Positions 47,099-55,603 of a stretch of DNA of 64,000 nucleotides are shown here, in pieces; position 1 is the first letter of the stretch; each line of letters starts with the position of its first letter. The stretch spans positions 1 to 64,000 of the forward strand of contig JBGFSC010000025.1 of the NCBI GenBank assembly GCA_041694815.1, given 5' to 3'. Under the pieces are notes generated by a model. The model had not been told where the DNA came from. It did no database searches and was given only the letters and a program-made list of their open reading frames with translations. The DNA is from Elusimicrobiota bacterium (GTDB lineage: Bacteria > Elusimicrobiota > Elusimicrobia > UBA1565 > JACRDR01). Made by a program: the position numbers and the translations under genes.

Positions 47099-48556
47099 CT
47101 ACTTTGTCAAGGACTTCGGCGAGAGCCGAAATATGAGCGTTTGGGCGTCCTCGTGCACCACCGGATATCGACGGTAAAAGAAGGAAGCGATCGGCGATTT
47201 CCTATCCAGAAAAGGGCCCTTTTTCTCGGTGAACAGGAATTTCGCCCCGCGGGGAATGAGCTCCTCGACCTTGTACAGGCTGCCTTCTCCCAGCTCCTCG
47301 AGATCCCACGCCCAGCCGCGGCGCCCCAAATAAAACAGGGGGACCGAGGAGGCACGCTCGTTGCAGAAGAACAGGTCTCCGGGGGCGCTGATGCGATCGG
47401 TGACGGGCTTGAGGGCCAAGAGATACGGGAAATTGATACGGTACCAATGCCCGATCCGGAAGGCGGCGTTGACCGGCATCGCGGCGACGAGCAGGAAAAG
47501 CAGCCAGCGGCGAGTATCCTTGTATCGCTCCAGTAGGCGGTCGAACCCCAAGCCTATGATCGCGGCGTTGACCGGGACCCAGGACAGGGCCGTATATTCG
47601 TGGTGGAAGGCGTAGCCCCCGCAGGCCAAAAGGCCCGCCAATACGCAGGCCCACCACGCCCCCAAAAACCAAGGCCCGGCCGCGACCAAGGTCCAGGCGC
47701 CAGCGGCAAAGAAAAGCGCGCCGGGATACGTCCAGCTGAGCTCGACCTGCCTGGAGAAGAGCTGATAGAAAAAGAAATAAGGGAGCCGCTCATAATTGAG
47801 CAAGTTCCAATAAGCGCTGCCCTTGGTGGGCACGACATAGACGCCCAAGCTGGCGTACTTATACCAGGCGAATACCAGCAGCGGGACCACGATCAAGAAC
47901 GACCAAAATCCCGCCTGGCGCAGACAGGCCGGCCCTCTCCGGGCCCAAGCCAGCGCCGCCACGACGCCCAGCAGGTAAGCGTAGGGCAGCTTATGGCCTA
48001 TCGCTAATATCGCGGCGGCCGCGGCGACGGCCCACAACAAGGGTCCGTAGCCGGCGAGCCAGCGGTCGAAGGCCCACAAGCAAGAGACCACGCACAGCAA
48101 GGCGAAGGCCTCGGGCTGCACCGTCCTTCCGAAGAAAATCTCGACCGGCATTAGACCAAAGAAGATAGAAGCCCAAAAAGCCGCGCGGGTCGGCAGCCAT
48201 CCCAAGGATGGGCCCGATTTCTCCAAAAAGCGGAAAAGAACGACGGCCGTCAGCGCCGAAAAAAAGGTGGATAGCAGCCGGCCCCAGATCTCGCGAAGCC
48301 CGAAGAGCGGCCAGAACAGGCCCACAAGCCACATATACACCGGCATCTCGGTGGCCGCGCGACCGCTGTCGGCGCCGCGCCAATCGATGCGCGGGCGCAG
48401 CAACGGCAGGCCATCCTCGTGGAAGTTTTTCGCGATCGCCGCCGTGTTCGCCTGCCGGTGGTAATGGTAATCCAGCACGGGGGCGGAGATACCCTTGAGG
48501 TGGGGAACGACCGAGGCCAGCAGTATGGCGGCGTAGAGAAGCCATCGCTGCGGCAT
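47099..48556 (-). CDS. ArnT/PMT-family (GT-C) membrane glycosyltransferase
   Basis: RQANTAAIAKNF, EMPVY, GRLLS, many TM segments; start 48556 or 48571. Confidence 0.8.
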   Translation of the reverse strand: MPQRWLLYAAILLASVVPHLKGISAPVLDYHYHRQANTAAIAKNFHEDGLPLLRPRIDWRGADSGRAATEMPVYMWLVGLFWPLFGLREIWGRLLSTFFSALTAVVLFRFLEKSGPSLGWLPTRAAFWASIFFGLMPVEIFFGRTVQPEAFALLCVVSCLWAFDRWLAGYGPLLWAVAAAAAILAIGHKLPYAYLLGVVAALAWARRGPACLRQAGFWSFLIVVPLLVFAWYKYASLGVYVVPTKGSAYWNLLNYERLPYFFFYQLFSRQVELSWTYPGALFFAAGAWTLVAAGPWFLGAWWACVLAGLLACGGYAFHHEYTALSWVPVNAAIIGLGFDRLLERYKDTRRWLLFLLVAAMPVNAAFRIGHWYRINFPYLLALKPVTDRISAPGDLFFCNERASSVPLFYLGRRGWAWDLEELGEGSLYKVEELIPRGAKFLFTEKKGPFLDRKSPIASFFYRRYPVVHEDAQTLIFRLSPKSLTK

Positions 48557-48701
48557 GCGAAAGTTTCGCAATTTCTCCGGATAGGGTCAAGCCGGGCCGC
48601 CTTGACCCACCAGGTCAAAAATAACAGAATATCCAGGTTTTATGAGCACTTTTGAAATCGGCTCGCCCGAACATAAGCGCCTGCCAAGGAGACAAAACCC
48701 G

Positions 48702-49370
48702 ATGATTCGATTAGGTCTGACCTTTCTGCTCGTCGCCCTGACTGCGCCCGTGAAGGCGCAGGAAGCCGAACCGAAAAGCGAGGATCAGAAGGTCTTCTAC
48801 CTGCTGGGTGCCTCGTTGGGGCAGAACCTATCGATCTTCTCTCCATCGAGAGCGGAGCTCGGCTTCGTCAAGCAAGGGCTCGATGATTACATCGAGGGCA
48901 AGAAGCTCAAGGTCGATCCCGCCGTCTATAATCCCAAGATACGGGCCCTGGCCGAGAAACGGCAGGCCTCGAAGGCTGCCGTGGAAAAAAAGAAGGGCGC
49001 CGAGTACGCCGCCGCGGCCGCCAAGGAGAAGGGCGCGGTGAAGGAGAAGTCGGGCCTGGTTTTCATCCCGCTCGTGGAGGGAAAAGGGAACAGCCCGAAG
49101 GCCAGCGACCGCGTGAAGGTCCATTACGAGGGCACGCTGGTCGATGGAACGGTTTTTGACAGCTCGGTCAAACGCGGCACGCCGGCCGAGTTTCCCTTAG
49201 GCGGCGTTATCCCGTGCTGGACCGAGGCGGTACAGAAGATGAAGCCCGGAGGGAAGGCGAAGCTGATCTGCCCTTCCTCGATCGCCTACGGGGACTCCGG
49301 CCGCCCGCCTCAGATTCCCGGCGGAGCGACCCTCGTATTCGAAGTGCAGCTGCTAGAAATCCTTAAGTAG
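48702..49370 (+). CDS. FKBP-type peptidyl-prolyl isomerase (FkpA/Mip-like)
   Basis: Signal peptide; VKVHYEGTLVDGTVFDSS, VIPCWTE, AYG, IPGGATLVFEVQL. Confidence 0.93.
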   Translation: MIRLGLTFLLVALTAPVKAQEAEPKSEDQKVFYLLGASLGQNLSIFSPSRAELGFVKQGLDDYIEGKKLKVDPAVYNPKIRALAEKRQASKAAVEKKKGAEYAAAAAKEKGAVKEKSGLVFIPLVEGKGNSPKASDRVKVHYEGTLVDGTVFDSSVKRGTPAEFPLGGVIPCWTEAVQKMKPGGKAKLICPSSIAYGDSGRPPQIPGGATLVFEVQLLEILK

Positions 49371-49484
49371 AATTCCAAAAACGGCGACTTTTACGCGCCT
49401 CGGGCGCGTGACTCGCCGCGCTTCGCGCGACGAGTTCGAGGTTCCTCACGAGAATTCCGCGCTCAAAGCGCGCAGAAGCTGCCG

Positions 49485-50393
49485 TTAACCCAGCTGCTTG
49501 AGGGCTTCGATGCGCTTGTCAAGCGACGGATGGCTGGCGAAGAGCCGCGCGAGGATTCCCGGCGAGCCCCCGTTGATCTTAAAGCTCGCCAAGGCGGCCT
49601 GCCGGTTGTCGACGACGTCCTTGTATTCCTTCAAGGACTCCAGGGCGTGGATCATGACCGGGGCACCCAGCATGGAGGCCGAGCCGCGATCGGCGCGGTA
49701 CTCGCGCACGCGCGAGAAATAATAGACCATGGGGGCTGCCAGCAGCATGAAGACGGTCTCGAAAAGCGAGATCAGCATGTACTGGGCGAAATAACCCAGC
49801 CCCCCGCCTCGCCCTTCCTGGTCGCGGCTGCGCAGCATGTTGTCGATGGCGAAGGTGGCCACGCGGGCCGCGAAAATCACGAAGGTATTGACCACGCCCT
49901 GGATCAATGTCATCGTCACCATGTCTCCATTGGCGATATGGGAGACCTCGTGGCCGAGCACGCCTTCCACGGCGCGCCGGTCCATGGCGCGCAGAAGCCC
50001 GTCGGAAACGGCAAGCAGCGAACGGCTGCGGCTCGGGCCAGTGGCGAAAGCGTTGACCTCGGGGCTATGGTAGATCCCTATCTCGGGAAGCTTCGAGAGC
50101 CCCGCGCGGCGGCAGAGATCGGAGACCGTCGCCACCAGGAACTCCTCCTCGACTCCCCGCGGACGCTCGGGGTCGATGAGCTCCACCCCCATCATCTGCT
50201 TGGCCGTCCAGCGGGAGAGCTGCAGGGAGATGAAGGCGCCCGTGAAGCCGAAAACGGCGCACATCACCAGCAGGGCTCCGTAATCGATCCCCTGGGCGCT
50301 CAGGTAGGGCCGCAGGCCCAGGAGATGGACCACGAGATTAATGGTCAGGATGACCAGCAGGTTGACGGCGATAAACAGGAATATCCTTTTCAT
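49485..50393 (-). CDS. htpX: M48 zinc protease HtpX
   Basis: MKRIFLF, NAFATG, GHEVSHIANGDMVT, REYRAD, ASHPSLDKRI. Confidence 0.93.
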   Translation of the reverse strand: MKRIFLFIAVNLLVILTINLVVHLLGLRPYLSAQGIDYGALLVMCAVFGFTGAFISLQLSRWTAKQMMGVELIDPERPRGVEEEFLVATVSDLCRRAGLSKLPEIGIYHSPEVNAFATGPSRSRSLLAVSDGLLRAMDRRAVEGVLGHEVSHIANGDMVTMTLIQGVVNTFVIFAARVATFAIDNMLRSRDQEGRGGGLGYFAQYMLISLFETVFMLLAAPMVYYFSRVREYRADRGSASMLGAPVMIHALESLKEYKDVVDNRQAALASFKINGGSPGILARLFASHPSLDKRIEALKQLG

Positions 50394-50482
50394 GTCTCCT
50401 CCGGTGTGATTACATTGTAGAAAAAACGGCCTCGCCCGTCGAGTCGTTTGCAATTTGGCGGCGGCGGGGCTACACTGGGGCC

Positions 50483-51328
50483 ATGGGCTTAAGCGAGTCA
50501 GAGATCCGCTCCCTGATCAGCCTCTTGGACGAGGAAAATCCGCAGGTGGCGGCCGCCGTACGCAGCCGGGTGCTGGATCTCGGGGAGGAGGCTATTCCCT
50601 ATCTCGAGGAGGCGCACGACCGATGGGGACCCCGCATGCGTCATACCCTCGACGGCCTACTTTCCGAGATTCGATTCCAAGACCTCGCCGCTCGTTTTAA
50701 AAGGATGGCGGCCGCCGCGCAGCCGGACTTGGAGACCGGGGCCTTCCTGGTCGCCCGGCTGGGCCGGCCCACGCTCGAGGAGTCGCGCTACCGCCGCTGG
50801 TGCGATGCCGCCGCCGCGACCGTCGGAACCGAGGGCCCCATCGAGTCGGTGCTCCACCGGCTCAACGAACGGCTCTTCGTCGACCTTCGATTTCGTGGCA
50901 ATACCGCCAACTTCTACGATCCCGCCAACAGCTTCATCGACCAGGTCATCGACACGAGGCTGGGGATTCCGATTAGCCTGTCGGTGCTCTACCTGCTCGT
51001 CGCCCGCCGCCTGGGCCTGCCGCTGGAAGGCGCCGGTCTGCCCGGGCATTTCATGGTGCGTTGCGAGGTCTCGGGGACCCCGCTCTTTATCGATGTATTC
51101 CATCAGGGCCGATTCCTGACCCCCGCGGAATGCCGCCAATTCCTGCTGCGCTCCGGCTACGAGTTCCGGGAGGAATTCCTACAGCCGACCCCGTCGAGGG
51201 AAATCCTGGCTCGGATGCTGCGCAACTTGATCTCCATCTACCAGAAGAGCGGGCGCGGCGCGAAAGCCGAGCAGGCCTCGAGCCTGGTCGAGATATTGCT
51301 GACCGGTGGCGCCGCCTCCGGCGCATAA
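50483..51328 (+). CDS. SirB1/transglutaminase-like family protein
   Basis: FRGN..FYDPANSFI..GIPISLSVLY, GLPGHF, ILARMLRNL; TTGCAA-N17-TACACT 6 nt before the ATG. Confidence 0.85.
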   Translation: MGLSESEIRSLISLLDEENPQVAAAVRSRVLDLGEEAIPYLEEAHDRWGPRMRHTLDGLLSEIRFQDLAARFKRMAAAAQPDLETGAFLVARLGRPTLEESRYRRWCDAAAATVGTEGPIESVLHRLNERLFVDLRFRGNTANFYDPANSFIDQVIDTRLGIPISLSVLYLLVARRLGLPLEGAGLPGHFMVRCEVSGTPLFIDVFHQGRFLTPAECRQFLLRSGYEFREEFLQPTPSREILARMLRNLISIYQKSGRGAKAEQASSLVEILLTGGAASGA

Positions 51329-51333
51329 CGAAG

Positions 51334-51954
51334 GTGGTCCATGGGGCTATATTTCTCTACGGCCTGCTGGCGCTGCTGCTGGGAGGCTGCTCGTTGAAGC
51401 CCTACGCGCCCGCCGAGGAGAAGATGGTCGACATCCGCGAAGTCCGGCCGGACATTCTCATCGACATTCGCTACGCCACTCCGGATAATTTCACGAAACA
51501 GGCGCTCTATCCGGCCAACCGCTGCATGCTGCGCGAAAGCGTCGCCGGGCATCTCGCAAGGGTGCAGGAGGAGCTCACCGCCGCCGGACTAGGGCTGAAG
51601 GTGTGGGACTGCTACCGGCCGCTCTCGATCCAGAAAAAATTATGGGACCTGGTGCGCGATCCGCGCTACGTCGCCGATCCCAAAAAGGGCTCGCGGCACA
51701 ACCGGGGCGCGGCCGTCGACGTCACCCTGGTGGACGCCTCAGGCCGCGAACTGGAGATGCCCTCGGCCTATGACGATTTTTCTCCCCGGGCCCATCGAGA
51801 TGGGGCCTTGGCGACGCCCGCCGCCCGCGAGAACAGCCGGCGGCTGGAGCAGGCGATGGTCCGGCACGGATTCGTAGGTCTCGAAAGCGAATGGTGGCAT
51901 TTCGACGCGGTCGACTGGCGGCGTTTCCCCTTGTCCGACGTCCCCGTCCCATGA
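51334..51954 (+). CDS. ddpX: M15 D-Ala-D-Ala dipeptidase lipoprotein (VanX/DdpX-like)
   Basis: Lipobox LGGC; YATPDNF, WDCYRP, SRHNRGAAVD, EWWHF. Confidence 0.85.
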   Translation: MVHGAIFLYGLLALLLGGCSLKPYAPAEEKMVDIREVRPDILIDIRYATPDNFTKQALYPANRCMLRESVAGHLARVQEELTAAGLGLKVWDCYRPLSIQKKLWDLVRDPRYVADPKKGSRHNRGAAVDVTLVDASGRELEMPSAYDDFSPRAHRDGALATPAARENSRRLEQAMVRHGFVGLESEWWHFDAVDWRRFPLSDVPVP

Positions 51955-53024
51955 GGGGGCGTCCCTCGAAGATCGTCCATATCCGCGTTCGCGCGCTCGA
52001 CGCGCCGATGTCGGAGCCTTTCGAAATCGCGGGGGGGTCGCAGGCACAGGTCCGCAACGTCCTAGTCGAGGCGACGCTGCAAGACGGCTCGGTCGGCTGG
52101 GGCGAGTGCGCCCCCTTTGCCTCCTTCAACGGCGAGACGCAGGCCTCAACTCTGCGCGCCGTGCGGGCGGAGGGGCCAGCCCTGGAGGGGATGGACGCCT
52201 CCGCCTTCGAGCCGATCGCCCGGCGGCTTGAGCGGCGCCTGGAGGGGGCGGCGCGGGCGGGCCTGGAGATGGCGGTGCTCGACGCCTGGGCGCGGCAGCG
52301 GCGCATACCCCTCTGGATTTATTTCGGCGGCCGCGGCCACACGCTCGCGACCGATATCACGATCCCCATCACGGCGCCCCCCCAGGCGGCCCGGGCGGCG
52401 CGGCGCATTTGGGCCCGTGGCGTCGGCACGATCAAGATCAAGGTCGGCAGGGATCTCGACGAGGACTTCGCCCGAGTGAGGGCGGTAAGCGCCGCGGCCC
52501 CGAAGGCCGCGCTGATCCTCGACGCCAATCAGGGGTATTCGGCGAAAACAGCGCTCCGACTGCTGCGCTTGCTTTCAGGCAAAGGCATCCGTCCCGCACT
52601 TTTCGAGCAGCCCGTCTCCAAGGATGACTGGCAAGGACTGGCGGCGGTTTCCAAGCACGGCGGCATTCCCGTCGCCGCCGACGAGACCGTTTCGAGCCGC
52701 GGCGACGCCTACCGCATGGCGCGCCTGAAGGCTGCCTCCGTCATCAACATCAAGCTCATGAAATACGGCATCCACGAGGCGCTCGATATCGCCCGCATCG
52801 CGCGCGCCGCGGGCCTGGGCCTGATGATCGGCGGCATGATCGAGTCGTACCTGGCGATGGGCTGCGCCGCGCACTTGGCCGCCGGGCTCGGCGGCTTTAG
52901 CTTCGTGGACCTCGACACCCCCCTCTGGTTCGCCCGCAACCCGATGCGCGGCCTTTCCCTGCGGCCCGGCGGGCTCTACCGGCTCTCCGGTGTTCGCGCG
53001 GGCATCGGGGTCCGGCCAAGGTAA
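51951..53024 (+). CDS. L-Ala-D/L-Glu epimerase (enolase superfamily)
   Basis: GWGECAP, KIKVG, DANQG, EQP, ADE, NIKLMK, DLD. Confidence 0.88.
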   Translation: MRGRPSKIVHIRVRALDAPMSEPFEIAGGSQAQVRNVLVEATLQDGSVGWGECAPFASFNGETQASTLRAVRAEGPALEGMDASAFEPIARRLERRLEGAARAGLEMAVLDAWARQRRIPLWIYFGGRGHTLATDITIPITAPPQAARAARRIWARGVGTIKIKVGRDLDEDFARVRAVSAAAPKAALILDANQGYSAKTALRLLRLLSGKGIRPALFEQPVSKDDWQGLAAVSKHGGIPVAADETVSSRGDAYRMARLKAASVINIKLMKYGIHEALDIARIARAAGLGLMIGGMIESYLAMGCAAHLAAGLGGFSFVDLDTPLWFARNPMRGLSLRPGGLYRLSGVRAGIGVRPR

Positions 53025-53037
53025 CGGCGCCTCGGCC

Positions 53038-53086
53038 TTGACAGCGGGGATTCAGACAGGGTACAATTACTTACCGGTCGGTAAGT
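53038..53086 (+). promoter_or_regulatory. Promoter plus palindromic TetR operator
   Basis: TTGACA-N18-TACAAT, then ACTTACCG-GT-CGGTAAGT (53069-53086) just before the ATG. Confidence 0.8.
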
Positions 53087-53087
53087 C

Positions 53088-53696
53088 ATGAAAACGCCCA
53101 ATAGAAGCGCCCGAGAGCGCATACTAGAGGAAGCCGAGCATCTCATCCACGTGCACGGCTACCGCGGCACCAGCCTCGAGGAGATCGCGCGGCGCTGCCG
53201 CATGACCAAGGCCAATCTGTTCCACCATTTCCGATCGAAAGAAGACCTGGGCCTGGCGGTGCTCGACTACAAGATCGCCTGCTACCGGCGCTGCCTCGAC
53301 GCCGCCTTCGGCCAGGCCCGCGGCGCGGAGGAGGCGATCGCCGAGCTTTTCGCCCAAACGGCGCGCTTTCATCGCGGCAATGGGTGCAGGGCCGGCTGCT
53401 TCATCGGCAACATCGCCCTCGAGATGAGCGACATCAACCCCCGCTTCCGCGAGCGCGCGGCTGCCTTCTTCGAGGATTGGGTGTCGCGCGTGGCCGCCGC
53501 CCTCGAGAACGGAGGCCAAACGGCTGGCCGCGCCGCGCGCGCCGCGGCCGAGACGATCCTTTCCCTATATGAAGGCGCCACCATGCTCGCGCGCGCCAGC
53601 CGCGACCCCGCGGTATTGGACCGTGCGAAGGAAAGCGCCTTACAGATACTACGGTCCATTCCGGAAAAAAAGGAGGTGAGCGTTCATGGGACCTAA
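53088..53696 (+). CDS. TetR-family regulator (NemR/ComR-like, four Cys)
   Basis: GYRGTSLEEIA..KANLFHHFRSKEDL; CRAGCFIGN. Confidence 0.92.
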   Translation: MKTPNRSARERILEEAEHLIHVHGYRGTSLEEIARRCRMTKANLFHHFRSKEDLGLAVLDYKIACYRRCLDAAFGQARGAEEAIAELFAQTARFHRGNGCRAGCFIGNIALEMSDINPRFRERAAAFFEDWVSRVAAALENGGQTAGRAARAAAETILSLYEGATMLARASRDPAVLDRAKESALQILRSIPEKKEVSVHGT

Positions 53697-53715
53697 AACC
53701 CCCTGTGGTTGCTAA
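53686..53715 (+). CDS. Candidate 9-aa peptide MGPKTPCGC
   Basis: SD AAGGAGGTGA 6 nt before the ATG; TAA followed by a terminator hairpin. Confidence 0.5.
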   Translation: MGPKTPCGC

Positions 53716-53728
53716 CGCGAAAGAACCG

Positions 53729-53766
53729 TGACGGGGGCCGCGCCCGCGACCCCCGTCATACTTTTT
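53729..53766 (+). terminator. Intrinsic terminator
   Basis: TGACGGGGG..CCCCCGTCA stem followed by TACTTTTT. Confidence 0.75.
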
Positions 53767-53806
53767 GCAGTTGTGGGCCGATACGAAATGTCGTACGCTA
53801 CCCTGG

Positions 53807-54325
53807 ATGAGCCGGCCGGCCTGGATAAGGGGGCTTTTGCTGACGGGCACGCTGGGCGCCCTCGTGTACTGGAATTGGGAACCCGCGGACTCCGGCCGTG
53901 CGAGGGAGGGCTCTCCGGCGCCTTCCTTGCATCTTAGGGACGTAGCCGGGCAAAGCATAGCCCTGCCGCGCGGCAAGGTGGTGCTGCTGGACTTTTGGAC
54001 CACCTGGTGCGCCTCCTGCACGGAGGAATTGCCGCAATTGCGCGAGCTCTATCGAAAGTTCCGCGGGCGCAATTTCGAACTACTGGCGGCCTCGCTGGAT
54101 GAGGACGGTAAGCGCGCCCTCATCCCGTTCATCGCCCAACAGAACGTGCCCTGGCCAGTCGCGCTCGCTGATTCCGGCGCCGCTGCCGCCTACGGCGTCT
54201 ACGGCCTGCCGACCAAGATACTCATCGACGAGCGGGGGATCGTCTCACGCCGCTACGTCGGCCCCATCGACGCCGGCGTCCTAGAGCGCGACATCGAAAA
54301 TCTACTGTCAAGGAGAAAAGCATGA
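53807..54325 (+). CDS. TlpA/ResA-family thiol-disulfide oxidoreductase
   Basis: N-terminal anchor; LLDFWTTWCASC, YGVYGLPT. Confidence 0.88.
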   Translation: MSRPAWIRGLLLTGTLGALVYWNWEPADSGRAREGSPAPSLHLRDVAGQSIALPRGKVVLLDFWTTWCASCTEELPQLRELYRKFRGRNFELLAASLDEDGKRALIPFIAQQNVPWPVALADSGAAAAYGVYGLPTKILIDERGIVSRRYVGPIDAGVLERDIENLLSRRKA

Positions 54326-55299
54326 TCCGGCGACTATTGCCCTGCTGCGCCGTCCTTCTCGCCCCGCTCGCCCAAGCGGCGGAGCTCGACGAGAAGGCAC
54401 TTTATAAGCACATCCAGAAGACCTTCAACGCGCCGGCCGAAATCGAGTTCTCCCTCAAGGGCCTCGCCCCATCGAAAATCCCCGGCTTCCTGGCTGGTGA
54501 ACTGCAATCTAGCTACCGCGGCAACACGCGCAACCAACCGATCCTGGTTTCCTCCGATGGGAGGCATTACGTGCTCAGCGACATCTACGAGCTCGAGCCC
54601 TCCAAGCAGTTCAAGGATCTCTCGGCCTCCCGACCCGCGGAGGGGATTCCCGCCGTGCACGTCAGCTCGGACCTCAAGTACTTTTTCATGGGCGACTTGC
54701 GGGACTTGAGCGTCGATCCCGACGCCGTGAACATGTCCAAGATCCAACTCTCGGGAGCCTTGAGCCGCGGCTCGAACTCGGCGCCGGTCACCGTCGTGGA
54801 ATTCTCGGACCTCCAGTGCCCTTATTGCCGCAACGCCCACATGGCACTCGAGGAGAATCTGCTCAAGACTTACGGAAAGAAGGTCCGCTGGGTCTTCAAG
54901 CATTTCCCCCTCACCTCGATACATCCCTGGGCCTATCCGGCGGCGATCGCCACCAGCTGCGCCGCACTCCAGAGCCAGGAAGCGGCCTGGAAGCTCGAGG
55001 CTCTGATCTTCCAGGACCAAGAGAAGCTCAACACCTCCAACTTCAAGGAGAAGGCCCTAGAACACGCGAAAAAGGTGGGCCTCAAGGCGCAGCCGTTCGA
55101 AAACTGCTTCGACAAGCAGGAGACGAAACCGGCCGTGGAGGCCGACATGCAGGAGGCCCGGAACCTCCAGGTCAATTCGACTCCGACCTTCTTCGTCAAC
55201 GGCCGCCAGATCGCGGGCTTCCGCAATTTCGACAGCATCAAGACGCTCATCGACCAGATGCTATCCGAGAAAGACGCCGAGAAATCCAAGGCCCGTTAG
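54322..55299 (+). CDS. DsbA/DsbG-like periplasmic oxidoreductase
   Basis: Signal peptide; VEFSDLQCPYC, FKHFPL, VNSTPTFFVNG. Confidence 0.88.
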   Translation: MIRRLLPCCAVLLAPLAQAAELDEKALYKHIQKTFNAPAEIEFSLKGLAPSKIPGFLAGELQSSYRGNTRNQPILVSSDGRHYVLSDIYELEPSKQFKDLSASRPAEGIPAVHVSSDLKYFFMGDLRDLSVDPDAVNMSKIQLSGALSRGSNSAPVTVVEFSDLQCPYCRNAHMALEENLLKTYGKKVRWVFKHFPLTSIHPWAYPAAIATSCAALQSQEAAWKLEALIFQDQEKLNTSNFKEKALEHAKKVGLKAQPFENCFDKQETKPAVEADMQEARNLQVNSTPTFFVNGRQIAGFRNFDSIKTLIDQMLSEKDAEKSKAR

Positions 55300-55340
55300 C
55301 CGTTGTTCTAGACATCTGCCCGAGGGATGTGGTATGATGG

Positions 55341-55363
55341 TTATTGAAATTAAGTTTCAATAA
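55341..55363. promoter_or_regulatory. Fur-family operator upstream of feoA
   Basis: TTATTGAAA-TTAAG-TTTCAATAA, just downstream of a TATGAT -10 box. Confidence 0.75.
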
Positions 55364-55369
55364 TCTCGA

Positions 55370-55603
55370 ATGAGCCTCGAAGAGCTGCGCGAGGGCGAAA
55401 GGGCTTTTTTTGTGGGGTACGACCCGAATTTTTCGGCGCGCTGGCGCCGCCGGTTCGAGGACTTGGGCTTGCTGCCCGACACCCCCGTCGCCTGCGAACG
55501 CCGGGCCCCGTGGGGAGATCCGATCTCATTCCGCGTCCGGGGCACGCTGCTATGCCTGCGCCGCGACGAAGCGCGGCTCATGCGCGTGCGGCGCGCGCCG
55601 TGA
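55370..55603 (+). CDS. feoA: Ferrous iron transport protein A
   Basis: DLGLLP, RAPWGDPI..VRG..LCLR..EA. Confidence 0.9.
   Translation: MSLEELREGERAFFVGYDPNFSARWRRRFEDLGLLPDTPVACERRAPWGDPISFRVRGTLLCLRRDEARLMRVRRAP

Noticed and set aside
51334..53024. VanX-like gene as glycopeptide resistance
   Set aside because: No vanA/vanH/vanRS; pairing with an Ala-Glu epimerase fits peptidoglycan recycling.
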